From assembly GCA_959604355.1 (NCBI GenBank), contig CAUHAO010000002.1:27885-91884 (forward strand): a stretch of 64,000 bases of DNA, given 5' to 3'. Of this stretch, positions 55,730 through 64,000 are shown piece by piece (the first letter of the stretch is position 1; every line of letters begins with the position of its first letter). Both the position numbers and the translations under genes were made by a program. The notes under the pieces were generated by a model. The model was given only the letters and a program-made list of their open reading frames with translations, did not search any database and was not told the DNA's origin. The DNA comes from an uncultured Eubacteriales bacterium. Its GTDB lineage: Bacteria > Bacillota > Clostridia > Oscillospirales > UBA644.

Positions 55730-56200
55730 TTGATCGTAACGCCTGCTGTCGCTGCGCTCATAACAACCCTCATACTTTCCGTGCTGCAGATATACGGCAG
55801 TTCCATGACGCCTTCGTTGGTCGAAGGCGATATAGTTATTTCCGTAAAAACAAATAAACTGGACTACGGAAATGTCTGCAGTTTTTATTATTCCAATCGT
55901 ATTCTTGTGAAGAGAATAGTCGGCAAACCTCTCGATATGATATCGATTGATGAGGACGGAAACGTCTTTGTCAACGGCGAGCTTTCGGACGAGCCGTACC
56001 TGACTGAAAAGGCTCTCGGTGAATGTGATATAGAGTTTCCTTACCGTGTGCCAGAAGGTTCGGATTTCGTTATGTGTGATCACAGCGATACCTCGATCGA
56101 TTCCCGCACCTCTGCGGTCGGTTTCGTCATGCAGGATGAGATTGTCGGCAGAATAATTTTTACAGTCTGGCCGTTGAAACGTTTCGGATGGGTCAAATAG
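55730..56200 (+). CDS. signal peptidase I (S26), N-terminally truncated or interrupted
   Basis: Catalytic 'GSSMTPSL' (Ser) and 'VKRIVG' (Lys), plus 'GDHSDTSIDSR'. The only start is TTG 55730, with no SD. An in-frame TAA at 55685-55687 separates it from an upstream ORF whose end (..STEQIQVELARER) looks like the usual cytoplasmic N-terminus of this SPase type. Confidence 0.6.
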   Translation: MIVTPAVAALITTLILSVLQIYGSSMTPSLVEGDIVISVKTNKLDYGNVCSFYYSNRILVKRIVGKPLDMISIDEDGNVFVNGELSDEPYLTEKALGECDIEFPYRVPEGSDFVMCDHSDTSIDSRTSAVGFVMQDEIVGRIIFTVWPLKRFGWVK

Positions 56201-56342
56201 GGTTGATAAAGCCAATGTGCTTGAAAAACCTCTTCATATCTTAGCACATACGGTTTACATATCAAGTACTCAAAACCGGCATTCAGGGCTTGGTAGAAGA
56301 ATACGTCAAAGTGCTTTGTATTAAGCGCATTTTAGAATCGAC

Positions 56343-56762
56343 ATGACAAATAACATTCAGAATACTGTTGAAAAACTTAATATAATTCATCGTCGCCGAC
56401 AAATTTGGTACAGGATTCTCAGTTTTCTCATGTGTGTTACTGTCTTTGTCACTACTTACGCGCTTATACTTCCCGCGATTACGATGGATAAGGATGAAGC
56501 CTCGAAATGCGGAATTTTCCTCTCATCCGCAAACAACCGGAAATATACATGGACGTCTGAAAAGGGGCACAGCCGGATCGTTGTGCAACGCAATGTTCCG
56601 AAAGATTATACAGTAGCCATAGAAAAACAGGATACCACATTTACTGTTACAAACAGCGCCGATAAAGGATCTGATTCCCCCGGAACGGCAGATATGACGG
56701 ATATCTATCTGTATTTGATGCTTATGGCTTTGTCCGGCACGGCGCTTATATATGGGGCTTAA
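56343..56762 (+). CDS. miniature or remnant cell-surface protein (adhesin N-terminus joined to a sorting-signal-like C-terminus)
   Basis: 139 aa. N-terminal 'ILSFLMCVTVFVTTYALILPAITM' signal/anchor. C-terminal 'SPGTADMTDIYLYLMLMALSGTALI' resembles an (S/L)PxTG(D)-type sorting signal but lacks the Gly and the basic tail. No SD. Confidence 0.3.
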   Translation: MTNNIQNTVEKLNIIHRRRQIWYRILSFLMCVTVFVTTYALILPAITMDKDEASKCGIFLSSANNRKYTWTSEKGHSRIVVQRNVPKDYTVAIEKQDTTFTVTNSADKGSDSPGTADMTDIYLYLMLMALSGTALIYGA

Positions 56763-56819
56763 TATACGGCCAAAGGCGGGGCAAATGACAACACCTGAGC
56801 GAAAAAAGGAAAAGAATTA

Positions 56820-56847
56820 TCCCGCCTGATCTTCAGGCGGGATTTTC
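56820..56847. terminator. intrinsic terminator between convergent genes
   Basis: TCCCGCCTG/CAGGCGGGA stem followed by TTTTC. Confidence 0.6.
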
Positions 56848-56865
56848 ACGGATTTCAAAATGTTT

Positions 56866-57303
56866 TTATTCGATTTCAAGATGCCTGGAGGAGGGGAGAG
56901 AATTCTCTTTTTTCGGCATTATAAGTTTCAGTACACCGTCTTTGTACGACACTTTTATGTCTTCGGTTTTGACATTTGAAACGTTAAAACTTCTGCTGAA
57001 CGAGCCGTAGGAGCGCTCCCTGCGGATATAATTGCCCTTCTCGTCTTTCTCGTCCTTTTCGCTCTTTCTTTCAGCGTTTACGGTAAGATAATTGCCTTCG
57101 ATATCGACGTGTATGTCGTCTTTGTTGAAGCCGGGAAGATCTGCTTCAAGTTCGTATTCTTTGCCGTTGTCTTTGATATCCGTGCGGAATGCCGCAAAAG
57201 CATTTCGGCCGAAGAATTCTTTTTCGAAATCTTCAAAATCACGGAACGGATTGTACGAACTCATATGACGGCTACCGTGTTCGAAAGGAATAAGGTCAAA
57301 CAT
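56866..57303 (-). CDS. Hsp20/alpha-crystallin family small heat-shock protein
   Basis: 145 aa; 'YELEADLPGFNKDDIHVDIEGNYLTV', 'GVLKLIMPK'. AGGAGG RBS. Confidence 0.9.
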   Translation of the reverse strand: MFDLIPFEHGSRHMSSYNPFRDFEDFEKEFFGRNAFAAFRTDIKDNGKEYELEADLPGFNKDDIHVDIEGNYLTVNAERKSEKDEKDEKGNYIRRERSYGSFSRSFNVSNVKTEDIKVSYKDGVLKLIMPKKENSLPSSRHLEIE

Positions 57304-57659
57304 AGTATTTCCTCCTGCGCATCTGCGCGAAATTTATTGTTCATCCGCTTATATTTTATGCCTTGCGAATTTTTTGGGTGAATTTTCAGATGTCTCTATT
57401 TTTCCCGCAGTCCGCCGTAATATGCAGAAAATTTCACATGATCCTGCTTTTATTTCTGTACGCAATATTTTTATAAATAAGAATATTTTATCAGGCGCGG
57501 ACGGCTGCAAACACGGTTTGCAGCCCGCAAGGCAAAGCCTTGCGTATTTTCTGCGAAAATTTGTCCGCGCGCACCGCTTCATTCTTTGCGCTGTACTGCA
57601 ATCCACTCCGGATGTCGTCCCATGTCACAATTTGTTCTATTATTTTTTCTTTAAAAGGC

Positions 57660-57688
57660 TTGACAAAGGCGAAAAACCGTGCTATAAT
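57660..57688 (+). promoter_or_regulatory. sigma-A-type promoter candidate for the tRNA pair
   Basis: TTGACA-17 nt-TATAAT (perfect consensus), 40 nt upstream of tRNA-Leu. Confidence 0.55.
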
Positions 57689-57727
57689 ATATAAGCACAA
57701 AAGAAAAGCGCTGCCGTCATTACATTC

Positions 57728-57816
57728 GCCGGAGTGGCGGAATTGGCAGACGCCCGGGACTTAAAATCCCGTGAAACGAGAGTTTCGTGCCGGTTCGATC
57801 CCGGTCTCCGGCACCA
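57728..57816 (+). tRNA. tRNA-Leu (anticodon UAA), CCA encoded
   Basis: Hand-folded cloverleaf. Acceptor GCCGGAG/CTCCGGC, anticodon loop CTTAAAA, long variable arm, T arm GCCGG-TTCGATC-CCGGT. Confidence 0.85.
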
Positions 57817-57848
57817 TCGACGTTATTTTTCGAGTGTAAACTTTATAT

Positions 57849-57925
<77 letters not shown>

Positions 57926-57928
57926 GTC

Positions 57929-57965
57929 AGAGTGTTCGTAACGGATTTACGGACACTCTTTTTCT
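57929..57965 (+). terminator. intrinsic terminator after the tRNA pair
   Basis: 10-bp stem AGAGTGTTCG/CGGACACTCT (one G-U pair) plus TTTTT. Confidence 0.7.
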
Positions 57966-58105
57966 ATTCAAATCCGTTATAAACACTCGCACCATAACGC
58001 GAAACTGAAAAAATCTCACAGCTTCGTCCCCGCGAAATCGTGGGATTTAGGGGGCTTTTTCGTTTTTTCGTGACTTCGGGTCTTGCGAAAAAAGAGTGCA
58101 GAAAA

Positions 58106-58324
58106 ATGGAGCCGTGCCGGATTGCGGAGCAGCTTTACGCATTCGAGTATATAACGAAAAACCGTGACTATGAAAATGTCGGACGGTGGCGGGTCAGGGA
58201 CAAGCTTGGCATCAGTATTCCTCTGAGATTTATGATTTCTTCTATTATACAGGCTGCGGAGAGTATATACGGAACGAATATGAAGGAGAATTTTCTGATT
58301 GCGCGGTTTCGTCTGTATGGATGA
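58106..58324 (+). CDS. hypothetical small protein (weak call)
   Basis: 72-aa ORF inside the tracked 58040..58324 frame. Poor RBS and no recognisable domain. Confidence 0.2.
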   Translation: MEPCRIAEQLYAFEYITKNRDYENVGRWRVRDKLGISIPLRFMISSIIQAAESIYGTNMKENFLIARFRLYG

Positions 58325-58390
58325 AGGTTGCACATTCGACGATGTTCTGCAGAATGAAGCTCAAGGGATGGGGAAATGTAAGCAAAGGGA

Positions 58391-58419
58391 TTGAAAAACG
58401 GGCGGAAAAATGGTATAAT
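58391..58419 (+). promoter_or_regulatory. sigma-A-type promoter candidate
   Basis: TTGAAA-17 nt-TATAAT, 35 nt upstream of the TfoX-N gene. Confidence 0.45.
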
Positions 58420-58453
58420 AAAGCAACAACACATCGGTATTTGAGGTCGAATT

Positions 58454-58798
58454 ATGGCGTCGAGTAAAGAATACTTGCAATTCATTTTAGAGCAGTTATC
58501 CGAGTTGGAAGAGATTTCATATCGAGCAATGATGGGGGAATTTATTATCTATTATCGCGGTAAGATTGTAGGCGGCATTTACGATAATAGGCTACTGGTA
58601 AAACCGATAAAATCAGCGATTGCCTATATGCCGACAGCTTCGTATGAATTGCCTTATGAAGGTGCAAAAGAAATGTTGTTGGTAGATGAAGTTGATAATA
58701 AGAAGTTCTTGACCGGCTTGTTTAATGCTATGTATGATGAATTGCCAACACCAAAACCCCAAAAGAAGAAAAAGGCAAATACCGGTTTATCGAATTGA
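58454..58798 (+). CDS. TfoX/Sxy N-terminal-domain protein
   Basis: 114 aa; 'EYLQFILEQLSELEEISYRAMMGEFIIYYRGKIVGGIYDNRLLVK' matches the TfoX_N pattern. Lys-rich tail. Confidence 0.65.
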   Translation: MASSKEYLQFILEQLSELEEISYRAMMGEFIIYYRGKIVGGIYDNRLLVKPIKSAIAYMPTASYELPYEGAKEMLLVDEVDNKKFLTGLFNAMYDELPTPKPQKKKKANTGLSN

Positions 58799-59180
58799 GT
58801 AATGCACAGCCGCTTGGTTTCTGAAAAGGAAACAGGGGGCTTTTTTCATACCTGAAAGGAGATGGTTGCGGTGTGCAGATAAGCGAAAAATTAAATGAAC
58901 ACAAAAATACAGAGAGAAAGTAAAATAACATGATTTTTTTGAAAAAGAGAAGGGAAAACTGTTCGGGGATGTAGATGGGTGCGCTGCATCGGACGAAGCC
59001 GGTTTTACGGGACAAAAGCCTTTACCTGTTTTTTGCTTTGACAAGCAAAATTGCCTTTTAAAGCCGAGCCTTCGTTTTTTTTCGGTCTGTTCTTTATTGT
59101 TGCCTTTGTGATGGGCCGAATATGTCCTTAGCATTTTAAACGATGAATTTGAACAATTTGTAAATCTGTTGCTACTCCTA

Positions 59181-59230
59181 TTGACATATACCCTTATGGG
59201 GTATATAATAAGAATACCCTACCGGGGTAT
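59181..59230 (+). promoter_or_regulatory. csoR-copA promoter with two CsoR-type operators
   Basis: TTGACA(59181)-17 nt-TATAAT(59204). Inverted repeats ATACCC-TTAT-GGGGTAT (59188-59204) and ATACCC-TACC-GGGGTAT (59214-59230) have the known GC-tract CsoR operator form. Confidence 0.7.
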
Positions 59231-59247
59231 GAAAGGAAGATGTGACG

Positions 59248-59556
59248 ATGTCGGATAAAGAAATATGCGGCTGCTGCGGAAAAACAACAGAGCGTTCAGA
59301 TGAAGAGCGTAAAAAGCTGATTCACCGTCTGAATCGAATTGAAGGGCAAATTCGCGGGATTCGAGGCATGGTGGAGAAAGACGTTTACTGTACGGATATT
59401 TTAATCCAGTCTGCCGCTGTGAGCGCTGCGGTCAATGCATTTAATAAAGAGTTGCTAGCGAGTCATATTCGGGGCTGTGTTGCAAAAGATATTCGTGACG
59501 GCAAGGATGAAGTAATTGACGAGTTGGTGGCAACACTGCAGAAATTGATGAAATAA
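59248..59556 (+). CDS. csoR: copper-sensing transcriptional repressor, CsoR family
   Basis: 'RLNRIEGQIRGIRGMV', with Cys/His/Cys ligands in 'YCTDIL...SHIRGC'. ATG 59248 lies 8 nt after AAGGAAG; the tracked GTG 59242 is an alternative. Confidence 0.85.
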   Translation: MSDKEICGCCGKTTERSDEERKKLIHRLNRIEGQIRGIRGMVEKDVYCTDILIQSAAVSAAVNAFNKELLASHIRGCVAKDIRDGKDEVIDELVATLQKLMK

Positions 59557-59578
59557 AAGGAGGCGTTACAAATAAACT

Positions 59579-62107
59579 ATGGAGCAATATACAGTAACCG
59601 GCATGAGCTGTGCCGCCTGCACCGCCCGAGTGGAAAAAGCGGTATCAGGCGTGAAAGGCGTAACCTCCTGCTCGGTCAGCCTGCTGACTAATTCTATGGG
59701 CGTGGAGGGAACTGCCGATGCCGAGGAGATTATAGCGGCGGTTCGCAACGCAGGATACGGAGCAGTACTGAAAAAAGAAAATAAAAAGCCAAATACACAA
59801 TCATCTTCCGACACAGACGCACTGAAAGACAGAGAAACTCCCGTGCTAAAAAAGCGGCTGATTGCCTCTCTCGGCTTTTTGATCGTTCTTATGTATGTTT
59901 CTATGGGACACATGATGTGGGGCTGGCCTCTGCCGTCTTTCTTCGATAATAACCATGTGGCAATGGGACTTTTGCAGCTGCTGTTAACGGTCGTCATCAT
60001 GGTTATCAATCAGAAGTTTTTTATCAGCGGATTTAAGAGCTTGTGGCACCGTGCGCCGAACATGGACGCTTTGGTTGCATTAGGCGCTACGGCTGCCTTC
60101 GGTTACAGCACATTTGCGCTATTTGCCATGACGGATGCGCAGGTAAAGGGCAACACGGCTGCCGTAATGTCCTATATGCACGAGTTTTACTTTGAGTCCG
60201 CCGCTATGATACTTGCGCTGATAACCCTCGGAAAAATGCTGGAGGCGCGCTCAAAGGGAAAAACCACAGACGCCCTGAAGGGGCTGATGAAGCTGGCTCC
60301 CAAGACTGCCACGCTCGACAGGGACGGTGCCGAAATAACCGTTCCGATTGAACAGGTGGCAAAGGGTGATATTTTTGTCGTGCGTCCCGGTGAAAATATC
60401 CCCGTGGACGGAACCGTTATAGAGGGAAACAGCGCAGTAGATGAATCCACCCTGACGGGTGAGAGTATACCTGTTGATAAAACGGTTGGAAGCGCAGTTT
60501 CCGCCGGAACGCTGAATCAGTCGGGGTTTATCCGCTGTGAAGCGACAAGAGTCGGAGAGGACACCACGCTTTCGCAGATAATACAGATGGTCAGTGATGC
60601 GGCTGCAACAAAAGCACCGATTGCAAAGGTTGCGGACAAAGTATCGGGTGTGTTTGTCCCTACCGTTATCGTCATTGCAATAATAACCGTTATCGCATGG
60701 CTTATCGCCGGTCAGACAGTAGGCTTTGCTTTGGCGAGGGGTATATCCGTATTGGTGATCAGCTGTCCCTGTGCGCTCGGTCTTGCCACACCTGTAGCCA
60801 TTATGGTCGGAAACGGAATGGGCGCAAAGAACGGTATTCTCTTTAAGACGGCGGTCTCTTTGGAAAAAACCGGGAAAACACAGATTGTGGCACTTGATAA
60901 AACCGGAACAATAACGCAAGGAGAACCAAGGGTTACGGATATGATTCCGACATGCGGCAGAAGCGAAAAGGAGCTTTTGTCTATCGCTTATGCGCTGGAG
61001 AAAAAAAGCGAGCATCCGCTGGCACGGGCAATCACTCAAAGAGCGGAGCAGGAAGGTTTGGCAGCCGGTGAGGTAGAGCAGTTCAAAGCGTTACCGGGCA
61101 ACGGACTTACCGCAACCCTTGGCGGTGATGTCCTGCTTGGAGGCAGTTATAAATTTATCAGTGAACAAATCCCTGTGCCTGATGAAATAAAGGCACAATC
61201 CGAGCGGCTCTCGGAAGAAGGAAAAACGCCGTTGTTCTTTACCTGCGACGGTGAGCTTTGCGGTATTATCGCCGTTGCGGATATTATCAAAGAGGACAGT
61301 CCGCAGGCGATAAAAGAAATGCAGAATATGGGCATTCACGTAGTTATGCTGACAGGCGATAACGAGCGCACGGCTAAAGCGATTGGAGCGAAGGCCGGTG
61401 TTGATGAAGTGATTGCCGGTGTGCTCCCCGACGGCAAGGAAAGCGTAATCCGCGAGCTTAAGAAAAAAGGCAATGTCATCATGGTCGGTGACGGTGTCAA
61501 CGACGCTCCGGCGCTTACAAGTGCCGATATAGGCATTGCCATTGGTGCAGGAGCAGACGTTGCAATCGACGCCGCGGATGTGGTACTGATGAAAAGCCGC
61601 CTGTCTGATGTTCCTGCGGCAATTCGTCTCAGCCGCGCAACGCTGCGAAACATTCACGAAAATCTGTTCTGGGCGTTTATCTATAACATTATCGGTATTC
61701 CTTTGGCGGCAGGCGTATTTATCAGTGTGCTCGGCTGGCAGTTAAATCCCATGTTCGCTGCGGCGGCAATGAGTTTGTCCAGCTTCAGCGTAGTCACTAA
61801 CGCATTGCGCTTAAATTTCTTTAAGATGCACGATTCCAAACGGGATCACAAAATTAAGAATAAACTGAAAACCAAAACCGAAAAGGAGAAAAATGCAATG
61901 AAAAAGACTCTGAAAATTGAAGGTATGATGTGCGGACATTGCGAGATGCACGTAAAGAAAGCGCTTGAAGCAATTGACGGCGTAAATGGGGCAGAGGTCA
62001 GCCACGAGACCGGAACTGCTGTTGTAACGCTGGAAAAAGAGGTTCCTGATGATGTTCTGAAGCAGGCCGTTGCCGAACAGGGCTATCAGGTAACTGATAT
62101 TCGATAA
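59579..62107 (+). CDS. copA: copper-translocating P1B-type ATPase with N-terminal and additional C-terminal HMA domains
   Basis: '[12 protein letters not shown]' (N-terminal HMA), '[11 protein letters not shown]', 'DKTGTIT', '[10 protein letters not shown]'. After the last TM there is a Lys-rich linker, then '[24 protein letters not shown]...' (C-terminal HMA). Confidence 0.9.
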   Translation: MEQYTVTGMSCAACTARVEKAVSGVKGVTSCSVSLLTNSMGVEGTADAEEIIAAVRNAGYGAVLKKENKKPNTQSSSDTDALKDRETPVLKKRLIASLGFLIVLMYVSMGHMMWGWPLPSFFDNNHVAMGLLQLLLTVVIMVINQKFFISGFKSLWHRAPNMDALVALGATAAFGYSTFALFAMTDAQVKGNTAAVMSYMHEFYFESAAMILALITLGKMLEARSKGKTTDALKGLMKLAPKTATLDRDGAEITVPIEQVAKGDIFVVRPGENIPVDGTVIEGNSAVDESTLTGESIPVDKTVGSAVSAGTLNQSGFIRCEATRVGEDTTLSQIIQMVSDAAATKAPIAKVADKVSGVFVPTVIVIAIITVIAWLIAGQTVGFALARGISVLVISCPCALGLATPVAIMVGNGMGAKNGILFKTAVSLEKTGKTQIVALDKTGTITQGEPRVTDMIPTCGRSEKELLSIAYALEKKSEHPLARAITQRAEQEGLAAGEVEQFKALPGNGLTATLGGDVLLGGSYKFISEQIPVPDEIKAQSERLSEEGKTPLFFTCDGELCGIIAVADIIKEDSPQAIKEMQNMGIHVVMLTGDNERTAKAIGAKAGVDEVIAGVLPDGKESVIRELKKKGNVIMVGDGVNDAPALTSADIGIAIGAGADVAIDAADVVLMKSRLSDVPAAIRLSRATLRNIHENLFWAFIYNIIGIPLAAGVFISVLGWQLNPMFAAAAMSLSSFSVVTNALRLNFFKMHDSKRDHKIKNKLKTKTEKEKNAMKKTLKIEGMMCGHCEMHVKKALEAIDGVNGAEVSHETGTAVVTLEKEVPDDVLKQAVAEQGYQVTDIR

Positions 62108-62483
62108 TCAACCCATACCGCATAAAAAACAGACACCGACAGGCTGTTCGTTCAGCGTATCGGTGCCTGGTTTTGTTGAAAAAGCTAACTGTTTTTAATA
62201 ATCTTCTTTCCCGTTACAAATTACGAATATTAATTCCAAAATGACATTATTGGGGAAGCATATCAACAAAGATAATGGGGCGGCTCGCGAATGGACAGAT
62301 GTAAGTTCGGCAAGGCGTATCATCTTCAGAAACGGTCAACTCTTTGCCGTTGAGCTGCATGACGGAAACACGGATATTCACATCGCTTTAAAGTGCATTT
62401 TAATTTAATGTCAACAATTGTTGAAGTAGAGTTGAAGAGCAGTTGAAGAAATCAGCGTATGCTTATCACACACTAAATTATCC

Positions 62484-62651
62484 ATGGATGTGAGTCATAC
62501 GAAAAATTACATCTATATGGCGGCGACCATTGATCGAAACTGTTTGCCATCTTTCGGTTTGCTTTTGTCATACGGCAAAACGATCAGTGCGGATGCCATT
62601 GATTTTTATATTGCGCAGTTCTATTTGACGGAAAGGAGTTTCAGATCTTGA
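62484..62651 (+). pseudogene. probable DDE-transposase gene remnant
   Basis: 55-aa ORF. 'NYIYMAATIDRNCLPSFGLLLSYGKTISADAIDFYIAQF' has the spacing of the 'w-Y-l-x-a-a-I-D...g..ls..r..-A..F' core segment of IS3/IS6/IS240-type transposases. It is flanked by AT-rich non-coding DNA and another orphan 55-aa ORF (62241-62408). Confidence 0.3.
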
Positions 62652-62729
62652 TAATGTTGCGGATGATAATAAGAAAACATAATATGTATATTAAAAAACG
62701 GATGTGTATATTTAAGGACGGTGATATGG

Positions 62730-63734
62730 ATGAAAAAAACATTGTCAGATAAAACCGAACCGATGTCCGATACCCAAAGCGAAACACAACTTGTTTCTGA
62801 TATTGAAAACGAAAGCCTTCGCCTTTTGGAAATTGCCGATACAACAGAAAAAGAAATGACAAAGCTGTATCCCAAAATGCTGGAAGAACCGGGCGCGGTT
62901 GAAATGTTCGGTAATGCCGATTCGCTCAAACGGGCAACGTCTAACATTGCCAAGGCATTGGCTCAGATCTACCGTGTAAGCGACGAGTTTAATACACGCT
63001 TGAAAGATATTAAAAGGCAGGAAAAGCGGAAGCTGAATATTCCGGCTCCTGCCAATGCCTCTATTGATTTGAGCGAAAATAAAACGGATCATTTTGCAAA
63101 AGGGCTGAATCTGTATAAGGTTTTGCTGATCTGTTTTGTCGGAAGCTTTGCGGGCGTTGTAGTGGAGCTTCTTTGGTGCCTTTTAAAAAACGGTTACATA
63201 GAAAGTCGGTCGGGATTGGTATACGGACCGTTCAATCTGCTTTACGGAGCAGGGGCCGTTTTAATGACGGTGTGTTTGTATAAATTCCGTAACAGAAGTC
63301 CGATAATTTCGTTTTTAGGTGGCATGTTGGTCGGAAGTGTGTTAGAATACATATGTTCTTTCGGACAGGAATTGCTATTTGGTTCCCGGTCTTGGGACTA
63401 CAGTCATCTGCCGTTCAATATAAACGGGCGCATCTGTTTGCTCTATTCGATCTTTTGGGGATTCCTCGGTATCTTATGGATTAAATGGATTTATCCCGTT
63501 ATGGCAAAAGCAATTTTGAAAATCCCTAATTTAGCAGGCAAAATCATCACATGGGTATTGGTTGTATTCTTCGTCTTTAACTCTTTTATGACAGTAGTTT
63601 CTGTGACACGGTGGGTACAGCGAAGGAACGGAGTTGAGCCGACTACTTGTTTTGGCCAATATATTGATGAACGTTTTCCGGACGAGCGCATGGAGAAAAT
63701 ATTTGCCAATATGGAATTCCGTGACAAAAATTAG
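62730..63734 (+). CDS. membrane protein of the putative ABC-transporter type IV (CmpB/DUF1113-like) family with long cytoplasmic N-terminus
   Basis: The C-terminal half 'FVGSFAGVVVELLWC...GLVYGPFNLLYGAGAV...GSVLEYICSFGQELLFGSRSWDYS' fits that family. ATG 62730 (the tracked GTG 62721 is an alternative). Confidence 0.55.
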   Translation: MKKTLSDKTEPMSDTQSETQLVSDIENESLRLLEIADTTEKEMTKLYPKMLEEPGAVEMFGNADSLKRATSNIAKALAQIYRVSDEFNTRLKDIKRQEKRKLNIPAPANASIDLSENKTDHFAKGLNLYKVLLICFVGSFAGVVVELLWCLLKNGYIESRSGLVYGPFNLLYGAGAVLMTVCLYKFRNRSPIISFLGGMLVGSVLEYICSFGQELLFGSRSWDYSHLPFNINGRICLLYSIFWGFLGILWIKWIYPVMAKAILKIPNLAGKIITWVLVVFFVFNSFMTVVSVTRWVQRRNGVEPTTCFGQYIDERFPDERMEKIFANMEFRDKN

Positions 63735-63896
63735 GAAGCAAAGATATGGGAGAGCTTCTTGAAGTTGTTCGCCTGTATATGTACTTTCCGTTTGTATGCT
63801 TATGACTGATGCATTACAGCTGTTCTGAGTCTACAAAAACAAATGCTATAAGACGAAACTCGGTAAAAGTCTTATAAAAACATAGGAGAAAGAAAA

Positions 63897-64000
63897 ATGT
63901 TGAAAATTTTAATCGCGGAAGATGACCGTGAGCTTCGACAGCTCTTTTCGCATGTTCTGACAAAGAACGGCTATACTGTAAAAGGTGTTTCCAACGGTAA
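63897..64000 (+). CDS. response regulator receiver domain (5' part only; truncated by the window end)
   Basis: 'MLKILIAEDDRELRQLFSHVLTKNGYTVKGVSNG' after a GGAGAA RBS. Not in the ORF track because it has no stop within the window. Confidence 0.7.
   Translation, partial: MLKILIAEDDRELRQLFSHVLTKNGYTVKGVSNG

Noticed and set aside
57304-57400. CIRCE element or RNA thermometer upstream of hsp20.
   Set aside because: No TTAGCACTC-N9-GAGTGCTAA is present. The small GCGC-AGAT-GCGC hairpin lies upstream of, not across, the SD, so it is not a convincing thermometer.

Overview
This is a 64-kb chromosomal segment of roughly 50% GC by eye. Its gene content looks like a spore-forming, saccharolytic member of the Clostridia, possibly Oscillospiraceae/Ruminococcaceae-like; that placement is an inference from protein signatures only.

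Housekeeping genes make up most of the window: ecfA1-ecfA2-ecfT-truA, pgsA, a Clp/Hsp100 ATPase, gap, metG, ylbJ, pyrB, helD, rpsT, ruvX, acpP, ogg, bioY, a trimeric HydABC-type [FeFe]-hydrogenase, hsp20, and tRNA-Leu(UAA) plus an initiator-type tRNA-Met.

Four accessory blocks stand out:
1. Five tandem, tightly coupled GH27 paralogues without signal peptides lie directly behind pyrB-helD.
2. An operon with its own consensus promoter encodes a lipoprotein-tethered barnase-family RNase. Its barstar reads in frame, with no stop codon, into the first of three tandem ThuA-like paralogues.
3. A cobalamin-riboswitch-gated six-gene operon is the most system-like block. It encodes a small basic protein, two secreted or anchored DUF4430-type proteins, and a dedicated ECF T/AA'/S transporter. 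One of the two secreted proteins combines an alpha/alpha-toroid domain, a membrane hairpin and a DUF4430 domain, an arrangement reminiscent of transcobalamin. I interpret the operon as an extracellular corrinoid capture-and-import system.
4. A stretch distal to the tRNA pair carries a TfoX-N protein, csoR-copA (dual operators, extra C-terminal HMA domain), transposase-like remnants, 11-bp-phased repeats, a CmpB-like membrane protein and a response regulator cut by the window end.

I saw no rRNA, CRISPR array, intact IS element, integrase or prophage. All functional calls rest on motif recognition by eye, with no database search run.
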